A stretch of DNA of 64,000 bases from Octopus sinensis (Eukaryota): NCBI RefSeq assembly GCF_006345805.1, contig NC_043002.1, positions 23,498,001 through 23,562,000 on the forward strand. Reading direction: 5' to 3'. Of the stretch, positions 12,301 to 24,559 are shown piece after piece (position 1 is the stretch's first letter; the number at the start of each line of letters is the position of its first letter). The notes under the pieces were generated by a model. That model worked only from the letters and a program-made list of their open reading frames with translations. It was not told the DNA's origin and made no database searches. Both the position numbers and the translations under genes were made by a program.

Positions 12301-12520
12301 TGCAGGTGTGCTCAAAAAATGGTTATGCCTCACACAAAACAGAATAAAGCCAAATTAAATTAAAATATAACGATTCACACATACAATACTCAACATGTTT
12401 CTGGAGATAGAAAAAAAAACACAGCTGGTAAAATAGGGGAAATATTTTAAGTGTTTTCTTCAACCACTAAGCCTTAAAATACACAACATAGACATTCGAT
12501 TTGAAAACTGAGGAACAATC
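9372..12520. promoter_or_regulatory. Intergenic region between the divergent Kir start codons; candidate shared or bidirectional regulatory region
   Basis: Gene orientation; ETS-type CCGGAAGT at 12267-12274 and TATA-like TATAAAA near 12058; acceptor-like tract upstream of the KirA ATG suggests a 5'UTR intron. TSSs not determinable. Confidence 0.35.
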
Positions 12521-13186
12521 ATGGAAAATATATCTATGAGGGAGAATTCAAAACGTCACGTTTACTGTGAATCTGAATCTGTGACTGAATCAGCAACAAA
12601 GGATAGAAAAAGGAGGCATTTATGTCACTATTTTTTCACACAATGTTTGAACTATTTTCGCAGAAGTCCCCTTCAACAAAAACGCAAGGCTCTAGTAAAC
12701 AAATCTGGTCAGTACAGCATTGACTACAGAGGACGGAAACCCATCTTCTTTATCAAGGATATCTATCTGACTTTGCTTGATCTCCAGTGGCGATGGGCAA
12801 TTCTTGCGTTTTTCATTATGTACTTTACGGTATTTATTTTTTTCACTCTCGCTTGGTTCGCTGTTTGCTGGATCAATGGCGATTTTATTCACTTGGGAGA
12901 TCCGAGTTACGAACCGTGTGTCAAAGGTATGACCAGCTTCGTAGGTTTACTTCTTTTCTCTATTGAGACACAGACTTCAATCGGGTACGGTTTCGTTCAT
13001 CCAAACACGTCCTGCGCCGGTTCCTTGGTCATTCTGTTTTTCCAAATAACAGTTGGACTCATCGCAGACACTTTTCTACTCACCTATATTGTATCCAAGT
13101 TTTTTCGACCTTCCAAACGGGCTAAAACAATTCGCTTCAGCGAAAATGCGGTGATTTGCCAAGAGGACGGCATTCTTTGTCTCCAG
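12521..13186 (+). CDS. Second Kir channel ('KirB') exon 1: N-terminus, M1, pore, M2
   Basis: LVNKSG, QWRW, FSIETQTSIGYGFVHP, FQITVGLIAD, KFFRPSKR; strong donor CAG|GTAAGT at 13187 (phase 0). Confidence 0.93.
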
Positions 13187-14513
13187 GTAAGTCTTTCAAT
13201 CCTATTTTATGAAATTCCACAACTTTTAGCCTTCAAACCATTTATTTTCCGCTTTTTAATCTTAAGAGAATCTATTACTTTCACTTTTTTATTTAACCTT
13301 AAACTAAGTTCTATAACACTTTTAAAATTTATGATATTATTTGAAGACGAAAAAGTGTATTACATTGTGTAATCTTATAAAGATTCATATTAAACAACTT
13401 AGCTTTCAGATAACGTACATCGAACCTTACAGATATCTTGTATCAGACCGTTTAGAAGCGTACGACAGAATTTCAACTATTGAACAAAATGGTATCCGTT
13501 GATGCAGCTCTGTTGCTCTCCGTCTAGCTGTTACATCTTGGACGTGCCGCTCTTATCCAATATCTCTTATTCAATATATCCCAATAAAGTGGATGGTGAC
13601 TTTCTACAGGGGAAAAGCCATATATATATACGAGCAAAACGCCCCCCGTCCAGTGGACGGTGCTAAGTTGTCGAACATTTAAACCAAATTTTCTCAAAAC
13701 AACTTGTCCAACCGTCCCATAGGCCTCCCCTTTGAGAAACACTGACTTAACCTAAATTTGGGACACCGTGCATTTTTCTCACGTACGCGTAGTATCGATC
13801 GCAACAGCTAATGTACTTGCGCGTACAAATGCACGTTCCCACGGCTTTATCGATCGCATTCTCACCTGGAATCGATTTTTGTAAGTTTTTCAAGACTTAT
13901 ACACGCCCTGATACCATCGGTATCTACATATCAAATTTGAGCACAATCGGATGGAGGATGCCCGAGATTCTAGAAGACACACACACACAGAATGGATTTT
14001 ATATAATAGATATATAACGTGTGTGTGTAGTGGTTCATGCAAGCATGGCGTGGCTTCGATCCTCGATAGCCAAATTTCACTTAACAGTTTCAACAGCACT
14101 TTTCTCACGGCAAAACAATAGTTTTTCTGTAAGTGATAGCAGTTACATTTACCAGAATAATGTATTTGCCACTTGACCCTTCTAACCTATTCTAGGCCAC
14201 CAAAAGCTAGAATAGAGATAACAGACCGCCAACAAAATTTATTGTTCTCAACAATATGTCTATCCTTCTGGTTGGTTTTGGATAGTTGCAAAAACAAGAA
14301 CTCCGTAAGCCAAAGCAGTTAGTGAGAACTCTTTGTTCGAGCTAGTTATTTGATTAGGAGTAAAATTTAAAATATCCCCCCTGATGTGGAAATAGTGTAG
14401 ATGGTGGTTACACTCCTATATGTGAGGGAGGAAAAGATAAACATTATACAGGTATCCTGAGACGCCCCACAAAACAGGCGAGGACAAACTCTAGCGATCT
14501 TAGTCCAAGCTAG

Positions 14514-14833
14514 TGTAGCCGGTCTGAACGGAAAAGAAGGAAAAAAACGAAAAATTATGAATTATAAATAGGAAAAAAAAACCGGCGGGTTGAACACAAA
14601 CCCAGAAAAACTATATATTATCATTTAATTTTTAGTTCATTTTAATTTGATTCATCATTTCGATTTCATTATACTCGATTTTTACCCCGACTAACTAATG
14701 CTAGTCCCTAAATGTTAGTTCCCAGTCCCTAAATGTTTTTGTTTTGTCCTTGTGCTTTCCCATCTATGTTAGCCATGTATTGGCAATAAAGAAATTGGTT
14801 AATGAGAGCCGAGTCTGGCTGACCGGCTGAACA
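14514..14833 (+). mobile_element. Possible solo LTR
   Basis: Starts TGTAGCCGGTC, ends GACCGGCTGAACA, AATAAA about 45 nt before the end; no TSD found. Confidence 0.3.
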
Positions 14834-15299
14834 AAACCCCAACTATGGTAACTCACCAACGAAGCAGTTGCTTCGTCCTACCACTCTCACTTTTCTCTGT
14901 AACATTACCATATCTCTCTATATAGTACTATGAGAATATGTACACACTTATCGGCCGATTCAACTTTTTTTACCTTGCATGTTTTTCCATTTACTAATTA
15001 TACATACCAACCCGTCGTGGTTTGGGACATATACAAAGTAACGATGAATATTTCTTTACAACTTCAATTACTGTTCTTCTTCCATCTTAGCATCTTAACA
15101 ACAAGAGAAAATTGTACAAGTAAAAATCTAGAAAGTAATTTTTGCCATAAATAAAAATCCATTGGTGGTAAAAGAATTGTAGGTTTAGATTCAATCAAAA
15201 TAAGGATGAATAATATCAGAAAACTAATAAAAAGAATTTATATTGAAGAAATTAGTTGCAAGGAAGCTCTGAAAGAGGAACTGTAGTGGTCTTGCTAGG

Positions 15300-16874
15300 T
15301 CTCTCTTACATACTTTTAGAAGGATTGCTGGGAATCCATCTGGCCGGCAAACTTCCATGAAAACTGAAGGAAGGTAAAATATGCCCTATTCATAAAGGAG
15401 GTAGCAGAGCGGAGGCCAAGAACTACAGACCTATTTCTCTGACCTCACACATCAGCAAGGTCATGGAACGAATATTCAGAAAGAAACTAATCACCTTCCT
15501 TGAAGAAAATGACTTGCTGCCTGACACCCAACATGGTTTCCGACCAGGAAGAAGCTGCTTAACTCAGCTCCTGCAACACTATGACTGGGTGCTGAAACGA
15601 CTGCTCAACCACTCAAATGTGGAAGTCATATATCTCGACTTTGCAAAGGCCTTTGATAAAGTCGATCATGGAATGTTATGTCACAAACTGCGTGATCTTG
15701 GCATTGTTGGAAAATTGGGAGAATGGCTTCATGACTTTCTGAAGGATAGAAGTCAGGTGGTAGTAGCCAATGGGGCCACTTCCGCTAACACGCAAATAGT
15801 AAGCGGTGTTCCGCAGGGCACTGTTTTGGGACCACTACTGTTCATAATGGCCCTCTTAGACATGCCCTCAGCCACCACGATCACAAGTTATGCAGATGAT
15901 ACAAAAGTTTCACAGGCAATACAGAACCCTGAAGACACTAAGCACCTGCAATGTGAGCTGGACAAAATATACAAGTGGGCTGAAAAGAATAGCATGCAGT
16001 TCAATGCTGAAAAGTTTCAAGCTCTATGCTATCAGCACGCAAAACTAAATGCAATACCCAATAAATACACTGGACCTGGAGGGACTGCAATCCCAGAGGC
16101 ACAATCAGTGCGAGACCTGGGTATTTACATGAGTGATGATGCAACCTTTCATGTGCATGTTGCTAAATTGGCAATGAAATGTAGGTGGCTGACCGGATGG
16201 ATTCTTAGAACCTTCAGAACAAGAGACCAAGAAACCATGATGGTCCTCTGGAGGACACTTGTCCTAAGCCACTTTGACTATTGCTTTCAGCTATGGTCAC
16301 CATCCAGTGTCAAGTTAATCACAGAACTTGAGGCGATCCAACGAAGCTACACGAAGAAGATAGCCTCTGTGCAGCATATAAGCTATTGGGAAAGACTCAA
16401 GAGATTGAGACTCTATTCTTTAGAGCGTAGGCGAGAAAGATATGCCATAACATACATCTGGAAGATCCTAGAAGGACTTGTCCCAAACTTTGGCATCGAT
16501 AGTTACATAAATGCCAGAACTGGGCGCCCCTGCATAGTACCAAGGACTCCAAATTTGCCATCAAGATATAGGACAAGATACTGTGATAGCCTGGACTTCC
16601 AGGCCCACAGCTCTTCAATATCCTCCCGAAGAACCTAAGAGACCTGCATGGGGTGGATGCATTGTCTTTAAAATGAAACTGGATCTCTTCTTGTCAAGTA
16701 TCCCAGATGAACTTCACGGCAGGAGGTGCAGATGAGGGCAGCTGAATCGAACTCTCTCATGCACCAAATGGCAGTTGCTAAAAAGCATTCGTGAAGTAAA
16801 ATCATGTAGCAACACCAAATGGCAGTGCCCCAGCATGGCCACAGCTTGCGAGCTGAAACTAGATAAAAAAAAAA
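15300..16874 (+). mobile_element. 5'-truncated CR1-type LINE (RT and C-terminal region, 3'UTR, A-rich tail) in KirB intron 1
   Basis: KNYRPISLTS..KVMERI, QHGFRPGRSC, YLDFAKAFDKV, SGVPQGTVLGPLLF, YADD, RDLG, LERRRER; upstream stop near 15358 and frameshift near 16607. Confidence 0.92.
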
Positions 16875-17541
16875 TATCAAGTAATGAGAAATATTTCGTT
16901 GAAAACATGTAACGAAGACCACTAAAATTCCATAGAGCTATTTTCGAATATGATGCAGGAGCTGTTGTGCGCATAGATGCACCTAGTAAATTGTCAAAAC
17001 TAGTCAAATGCGAATTAGAGTTCATCAAAATTCAGCACAAGTCAAATTTAGTGAACGGAGTTCGTAAAATTTCAATGAGACAATAGAAAACATTTAAATT
17101 GAGACTGATTGTCTCAAAAGAAGATTCTTCATAGACATAACTTTATTGATACTTAAAGATATTTGTACAATACAAATCGACAAAACAATTTAACCCTTTG
17201 CCTGTCCAAAGCATTTTCGTAAGTTTGTCCTAAATGCCCATGCTTATTTTCAGGCATTTCGTAAGCCCTTGTTTCATACGTTCAGCGTAATATGAATTTT
17301 TCCTTCCATAAATCTCAAGTTAATTCGGTGGATGAAAAGAATTGCGAATGTGTATCATATATGATGCATGAACTCCAGGGAAATATGTTCTGTGTATTAC
17401 AAAATTCACAGGACATACATGAAATACAGCAAGGTACAAAAATTTGAATAGGAAAACTAAAGGATGGATGATTATAACTAGACTTTTGATCATACGGCTT
17501 TGAATCAGGGTTGACCCGGAACTAAACAACATAAGGCCTTG

Positions 17542-17767
17542 AACTGAAGGAAGGTCAAATATGCCCTATTCATAAAGGAGGTAGCAGAGCAGAGGCCAAG
17601 AACTACAGACCTATCTCTCTGACCTCACGCATCAGCAAGGTCATGGAACGAATAGTCAGAAGGAAACTAATCACCTTCCTTGAAGAAAATGATTTGCTGC
17701 CTGACACCCAACATGGTTTCCGACCAGGAAGAAGCTGCTTAACTCAGCTCCTGCAACACTATGACTG
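17542..17767 (+). mobile_element. Internal fragment of the same LINE
   Basis: Matches 15362-15587 with 7 mismatches in 226 nt (manual count). Confidence 0.93.
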
Positions 17768-18057
17768 TATAATTAGGGAAGTTATGTTCTTTTGCGGGTT
17801 TTTTCTTTAAATAAATTTTTGGGCCGTCCTACACAAGTGAGCCCCATGCCATCTCCAATTTTTCTTACCGCATAACTTCAGAAAAATTGATATTTCTTAA
17901 TGAAATTTTCTGCAAATACCTTTCGTATGGTGTAAAGTACGAGTATATTTAATGTAAAAAAGTGGTGGGCGCATGCACAAACATCTTCGCACATATTACA
18001 TAATTTTCTCTCCCCACCCCCCACACCATTAAATTCCGATACAATCGCCTAATCTAC

Positions 18058-18432
18058 ACTCCGTCTGTTACGACGATGAGGGTTCCGGTTGATCCGAATC
18101 AACGGAACAGCCTGCTCGTGAAATTAACGTGTAAGTGGCTGAGCACTCCACAGACACGTGCACCCTTAACGTAGTTCTCGGGGATATTCAGCGTGACACA
18201 GAGAGTGACAAGGCCGGCCCCTTGAAATACAGGTACAACAGAAACAGGAAGTAAGAGTGAGAGAAAGTTGTGGTGAAAAAGTACAGCAGGGATCACCACC
18301 ATCCCCTGCCGGAGCGTCGTGGAGCTTTTAGGTGTTTTCGCTCAATAAACACTCACAACGCCCGGTCTGGGAATCGAAACCGCGATCCTCTGACCGCGCG
18401 TCCGCTGCCCTAACCACTGGGCCATTGCGCCT
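18058..18432 (-). mobile_element. Full-length young tRNA-derived SINE (Octopus OR-like, tentative)
   Basis: Head GGCGCAATGGCCCAGTGGTTAG..GGTTTCGATTCC with A and B boxes, CpG-rich body; tail fragments recur (e.g. 25820-25860 on +). Confidence 0.85.
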
Positions 18433-19119
18433 CCACTAACACCAACTAAAAAGTATTTGTGTGAAAATTTCCTTAAAAGCCATTCATTTTTCTGAAGGTT
18501 ATGAAGAAAATACGTCGTGGGTGAGAAACTCTTATATAGGTCTGTCCTTTTTTCTTTTCTATTTTCCCCCCTTTTTTTATTTACACACTGTTTTCTGAAA
18601 ATTACTCTTCAGTATAAAAAAAATATTGTAATGTGCTGTATTTACCCATCGATAATGTAAATTATAAATGAATTCAATTAAATCAATTTCTGATTTTGAT
18701 TTTTGTTTATTGTTCCACTGTCTTCTAAAAAAGAAAGCAAACCTCCGTTTATCACATCAGCCATTAAATGAAGCAAGATAATTTGAGTAAATTTGATTTA
18801 CGTTAATGTAAATGTATTGATCTATAATTGATAAAAATTTATTTCGGAAAGGGTGCATTTAATGATTTAAGAATAATATAAGTTCATTTGGGGAGGGACA
18901 TAGCATTTATTGATTTATGAGATAAATCTATTGGAAAGATTCATCGATTTGTAAATAACTCTGCCGGTGCTATTTATTGATTTATTAATGATGTAAATTT
19001 ATTGGATAAATTAATTCATAAATACATACATAAATATATATATTGAACAGTAACGAATAAAGTGATTTATCAATTAAATAAATTCAATAGGATCACTCAT
19101 TGACACTGATATCACCTAC

Positions 19120-19531
19120 GTTTGCTCTCTCTCTCTCTCTTTCTCGCAGGCGCTCTCTCCCTCTCTTTTTCGTTCTCTCTCGCTCTCTCTCTTTTCCTCT
19201 CTCTCTCCCTTTCTCGCGCGCGCTCTTTCTCTCCCTTTCTCGCGCGCGCTCTTTCTCTCCCTTTCTCGCGCGCGCTCTTTCTCTCCCTTTCTCGCGCGCG
19301 CTCTGTCACTCTCTCTCTCTTTGCCGCACGCTCTCTCTCTTTGCCGCACGCTCTCTCTCTTTGCCGCACGCTCTCTCTCGCTCTCGCGCTCTTTCTCTCT
19401 CTCTTGCGCGCTCTTTCTCTCTCTCACGTACTCGCTCTTTCTCTCTGTCTCTCGCTCGCGCGCGCTCTTTCTCTCTCTCGTGCGCGCTCTTTCTCTCTCT
19501 CTTGTGCGCTCTCTCGCTCTCTCTCTCGCTC
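19120..19531. repeat. (CT)n/(CG)n compound low-complexity tract directly upstream of KirB exon 2
   Basis: Sub-repeats ctttctctccctttctcgcgcgcgct and ttgccgcacgctctctctct (x3). Confidence 0.95.
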
Positions 19532-19600
19532 TTATGTTGCTCATTTCTACTCTCATTCTCCATCTTTGTTTTTATTTATTTATTCTTTTTTTTTGGAAAG

Positions 19601-19865
19601 GTCCGTATTGGAGACCTGCGTGGTAAATCACTGCAATCCGTTTCGGCCCATGGTGTACTGGTACTTGAATCAATAACTGACGAAGGCTCCGTATACCCTC
19701 TCTACCAGAATAAACTCTCCTTCACCGTTGACTGTATGCAGGGAGATATTTGTCTCTTGTGGCCAGTTTTGCTGACGCATCAAATCACAGAGTCCAGCCC
19801 TTTCTGGACCAGTGGTCCGTTGGACTTGGAAAAGGAACGATTTGAAATCATAATATTCCTCGAAG
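19601..19865 (+). CDS. KirB exon 2 (cytoplasmic domain)
   Basis: AG at 19599-19600; VRIGDLR..YPLYQ..LLWPVLLTHQITESSPF..FEIIIFLEG continues exon 1 in phase; donor G|GTAGGT at 19866 (phase 1). Confidence 0.92.
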
Positions 19866-19880
19866 GTAGGTTGCTATTAT

Positions 19881-20083
19881 TCTTTTACTTGTTTCAGTCA
19901 TTTGACTGCGGCCATGCTGGAGCACCGCCTTTAGTTGAGCAATCTCAACCCCGGGACTTATTCTTTGTAAACCCAGTACTTATTATATCGGTCTCTTTTT
20001 GCCGAACCGCTAAGTGACGGGGACGTAAACACACCAGCATCGGTTGTCAAGCAATGCTAGGGGACAAACACAGACACACAATT

Positions 20084-20116
<33 letters not shown>

Positions 20117-20288
20117 CATATATACGACGGGCTTCTTTCAGTTTCCGTCTACCAAATCCACTCACAAGGCATTGGTCGGCCCGGGGCTATAGCAGAAGAC
20201 ACTTGCCCAAGATGCCACGCAGTGGGACTGAACCCGCAACCATGTGGTTGGTTAGCAAGCTACTTACCACACAGCCACTCCTGCGCCT
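19881..20288 (-). mobile_element. Full-length tRNA-derived SINE with internal (TA)/(TG) microsatellite (Octopus OK-like, tentative), 15 nt after the exon 2 donor
   Basis: Head GGCGCAGGAGTGGCTGTGTGGTAAG, body TTGGTAGACGGAAACTGAAAGAAGCCCGTCG, tail GGTGCTCCAGCATGGCCGCAGTCAAATGACTGAAACAAGTAAAAGA. Related copies at about 20655-20955, 23560-23720, 30175-30520, 30960-31273, 31329-31750, 32090-32240, 35640-35789, 37553-37880, 38712-38905, 42850-42995, 60495-60712. Confidence 0.88.
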
Positions 20289-21234
20289 ATGGAGACAATG
20301 TGTGTAAAAAGAAATATAATTCCGTGTATCTGTGGGTGTACGAGTATTAAATAAGTTAGTGGGGGTGGGCAGTATGCATGCATATGTCCTTAAATCCTTT
20401 AAAATGTTTTAGCCCGAAGGCCGCGGCCATGCTGGGGCACCACCGCTGTGTGAATGTTTTTTTTTTTTGTTTTTTTACTCATTTTGTACTTTATTTTTAC
20501 ACAGCCATTCATATATTTTGCGGATCTTTTTTTAACATGGGCTAGGGTTGTTGTTTGATCTTAGATCTGCTCTGATCGAGCTGTCATAGGATCAAAGTCA
20601 TTCCAACCATGGCCATCGTATCTTTTCAGAAGTATCTAATGTGTTCCCAGAAGTTTGCTTCTCAACCACATGATTCCAGGTTCAGTCCCACTGCGTGGCA
20701 CCTTGGGCAAATATCTTCAACTATGACTTCGGGCCAACCAAAGCTTTGTGAGTAGATTTGGTAGACGGAAACTGAAAGAAACCCGTCGTGTGGGTCGTCC
20801 CTGTGACTTAGCAGTTCGGCAAAAGAGACCAACAAAATAAGTACCAAGCTTCAAAAAGAATTAAGTACTGGAGTGGATTCATTCGGCTAAAAATTCTTCA
20901 AGGTGATACCTCAGCATGGCCGTAGTCTAATGACTGAAACAAGTAAAAGATAAGACTAGGGTTTGAGAAAGATTTGGCGGCTATTTCTAGCAGGTTGAGC
21001 AACCACGTACACTCATTCGTTAGCTGTTAGGGTGAATAAAAGAAGATAAATCTTTTTATAAACCAACAAATTATACATATTTCCATAAATTTACTTTTAA
21101 TGATTTATTCGTTAAACACTCAACAAAATATGAAACTAAACACCAGCCAACGATTTCCAATTATATCGAATTATGCTTGGAAGTTGTCTCCCGTGTTTGC
21201 CGATCAGAAAAAAAATTCTTTTCTACTCTGGGCA

Positions 21235-21800
21235 CAAGGCCCGAATTTTGGGGGAGAAAGCCAGTCGATTAGATCGATCCCAGTACGCAACTGGTACTTA
21301 ATTTATCGACCCCGAAAGGATGAAAAGCAAAGTCAACCTCGGCGGAATTTGAGCTCAGAATGAAAAGATAGACGAAATACCAATTTCTTTAATACCCACA
21401 AGGGGCTAAACACAGAGAGGACAAACAAGGACAGACAAACGGATTAAGTCGATTATATCGGCCCCAGTGCGTAACTGGTACTTAATTTAATCGACCCCGA
21501 AAGGATGAAAGGCAAAGTCTACCTCGGCGGAATTTGAACTCAGAACGTAACGGCAGACGAAATACCGCTAAGTATTTCGCCCGACGTGCTAACGATTCTG
21601 CCAGCTCGCCGCCTTCAGAAATGAAATATTACATCTTTAATGGATTAGCAGCTTTGTAAAAACACCAGGCGAAATTGCTTCATGGTATTTATTCCAGCTC
21701 TTTACGTTCCGAGTTCAATTACAACTGCAGTCAACTTTGCCTTTCATCCCTCGGTTTAATAGAATAAAATGCCAGTCAAGTACTGTAGTCCGTGGCGTCG
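21235..21800. mobile_element. Cluster of a third tRNA-SINE family: partial minus copy, full minus copy (about 21380-21615), decayed plus copy (from about 21642)
   Basis: Head GGCGGCGAGCTGGCAGAATCGTTAG..GAGTTCAAATTCC; core ACTTTGCCTTTCATCCTTTCGGGGTCGAT repeated. Confidence 0.8.
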
Positions 21801-22529
21801 ACACACCTCCTCCTCTCAAAATTACTTCATTCATTGCATCGAAGCACTAGACACGCTCTCCTTCGCTTCACAGCTAGTATTCTTCTCAATGTTTTGAAGT
21901 AAAAATGCCTCTTTGAATAGTCTATCAATATTTGCGTGCGTTTATAATAATCCTTTGTTGAATAGGACAAACGTAACTGCCATCATCGCTGTTTAACGTC
22001 CGTTTTCCATTTTGGCATGGATTGGGTACTTTGCCAGATGACTGTGCCAAGTGCTAACATCTACTTTGGCATGGTTTTTATGGCTGGATGCCCTTCCTAA
22101 CACCAACCATTCAAGGGTCTACTAGGCGCCTTTCACGTAGAACTGCCACTAGTGAGATCACAACTCGCAAGACAAGACCCTTTCAACTGAGGGAGTGTAT
22201 AGTAATTTTTCATCGCACTTGTACCGTTTTAGGTTCGGTCCCACTGCACAGCCCCTTGGATGAGTATCTTCTATTAATTCACTTGAAAGTGGAATTTGCT
22301 AAACGAAAACTATGTAGAAACGTGTGTGTACTGTGAATCCACCGGTGTGTATACCCTGTGGTACTTGAAGGGGAAATAACTCTAAATAAGACCCATCAAT
22401 AACTAGTGTTCAAAATTGAGTATATAAGTATCGGAATTAATAGAAAATTGACTAAAATTTTTGAAGTACGGCTTCATCTTTATTTGCCAAATATTTTTGT
22501 GAAGTGAAATCCTTGATAATACAGCTAAG

Positions 22530-22579
<50 letters not shown>

Positions 22580-24059
22580 CGTTGTCCGTGCAACATCGAT
22601 ATTCTTCCCTGTGTTTGTGAAATTTTTGTATCTCTGCCATAAGGCTTCATTTCCACACGCGCCAGCTTAATTCAATTCGTCCTTAGTCGAAAGACACTTG
22701 TTATGTCCTATTATTACTTTTATTTTTATTGTATTTATATTTGTGTAACATTGTCCGTTTTTTCCGTCCTTGTTTTTGTATACATTCGCTGCTTTCTTCC
22801 AAGGAATCTAATGCTCTTAGCTTAGTTTTTCCTTGGGGCTGGCCAGATTGGAGCAATCTCAATAATAATCAACCGAAATTGCGAGGATAATCTGGTGCTT
22901 CACTGAGGAAAAAAAACTTCGAATGACCTGTCCTTGTTTTCTTTGTATCGTCTATCTGGATGTTTTGTGTTCTTGTTCCATTTTGTAATATATATATATA
23001 ACGGGAAGCTTTATGAAAATAGACAAAAGACGAAGGCAGGTGGAAAACAAACGAACAATTGTATTAGTATGGCGCTCAGGAAATATAAATAAATATATAT
23101 ATATATATAAGGTTTGGCTGTATTATCAAAGAAATTAACATATGGCTATTGACATAATACCTAATGGTGAAATATTTGGCCACAACAAACAAATCAACCT
23201 TGGTCTTTGCTTGCCTTTCATCCTTTCGGGGTTGATAAATTAAGTATCAGTTGCCAGTTGCATGCATACTGGATCGATCTAATCGACTGGCCTAGAGTAG
23301 AAAACAATATTTCTTTTCTGATCAGCAAACCTGGAAGACAGCTTTGATGTGTGTTATATTTTATTTGCCATTGTATTGCTAAATGACTGTTGCCATTGAG
23401 CTTTTGATAGGGAACTTGGCTATATTATATATATAAGAAAGAAAATGGAGATATAGCATTTGATAAAAATTTATTATCTGCAAAAATCAAACACTCCCTT
23501 ACTGCTGTAATTGAATTTATATATATACATATACGGCTGTAATTGAATTATATATGCATGCAAGTATTGCTGTGTAGTCGAGAAGCTTGTTTCCCAACCT
23601 TGTGGTCTTGGGTTCAGTCCCACTGTGTGGCACCTTCGGCAAATGTCTTCTATAGTACTCAGCTGACAAAAGCCTTCTGAGTGGATTTTTTTTATGGAAA
23701 CTAAAAGAAGCCTGTCATATTTGTGCATGTGTTATCATATTCCTTGTCATAATGTCATGTAATGGTTGTAAACAAGTATCTCCAACAGACAAGCTATGTT
23801 CCTTGTTTCCAATCTTCCACAAAAATGTCAAGCCATAGAGAAATATTACCTTGCTTGGAAACAGTTGAAGGTTAGCAATAGGTAGGTCATCAGGTTATAA
23901 TGAATCTGCCTAAAAAAATTCTGTCTGATCCATGCAAGCATGGAATAGCCAATGTTAAATATATCTGATGATGGTGACATTTTCAAGCAATATATTGCTT
24001 GATGATAATAAAAATTGAATGTGCTTTTGTTTCTGACTTATGAACTACTGATTTTATCA

Positions 24060-24392
24060 TCATATGTCCATTTTCCATGCTAGCTGGGTTGGATGGTCTG
24101 GCAAGAGCTAAGAAAAGGCTAGGAGTTGCACCATCTCTCCACTGTTTTGGGATGGTTTCTACAGTTGAGAGTTGACCATGTGTACAAGGTTCGGTTCTCA
24201 ATCCCCTCATATTCATCATAGTTCTCCTAACCATAACAGAGGAATTCAAGACTGGTTGCCTGTGGAAACTGCTATATGCTAATGACCTTGCTCTCATAGC
24301 AGATTCTGTAACAGAACTAGAAAAGAAATTCCAGGTGTGGAAGCAAAACCTGGAATTGAATGGCCTTATGGTTTATTTAGCAAAGACCAAGG
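24060..24392. mobile_element. Rearranged RTE LINE fragments (3' tail on minus, RT fragment on plus)
   Basis: VQGSVLNPLIFIIVLLTITEEFKTGCLWKLLYANDLALIA parallels the RTE ORF at 52914-53411. Confidence 0.8.
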
Positions 24393-24559
24393 TTGATTTG
24401 TTGTTGTGGCCAAATATTTTACCATTAGGTAGTATGCCAATAGCCATATGTTAATTTCTTTCATGTGTGTTATATTTTATTTGGCATTGGATTGCTAAAT
24501 GACTGTTGCCATTGATAGAGAACTAGGCTATCCGGCATCCACACAAAGCTAGTGTTCAC

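Noticed and set aside
13187-13372. C-terminal 61 aa of ORF 12521-13372
   Set aside because: Intron read-through; Kir homology stops at a consensus GTAAGT donor and resumes at 19601
18360-18432. tRNA gene
   Set aside because: A and B boxes are present but the acceptor stem does not close, and it runs into a multicopy SINE body; same for the other heads
19100-19600. Multiple long Arg/Glu or Leu/Ser ORFs
   Set aside because: Products of the CT/CG repeat; only 19601-19865 is Kir-coding
22895-22935. Second hammerhead candidate (CTGAGGA..CGAAT)
   Set aside because: No GAAA core and no convincing stems I or II
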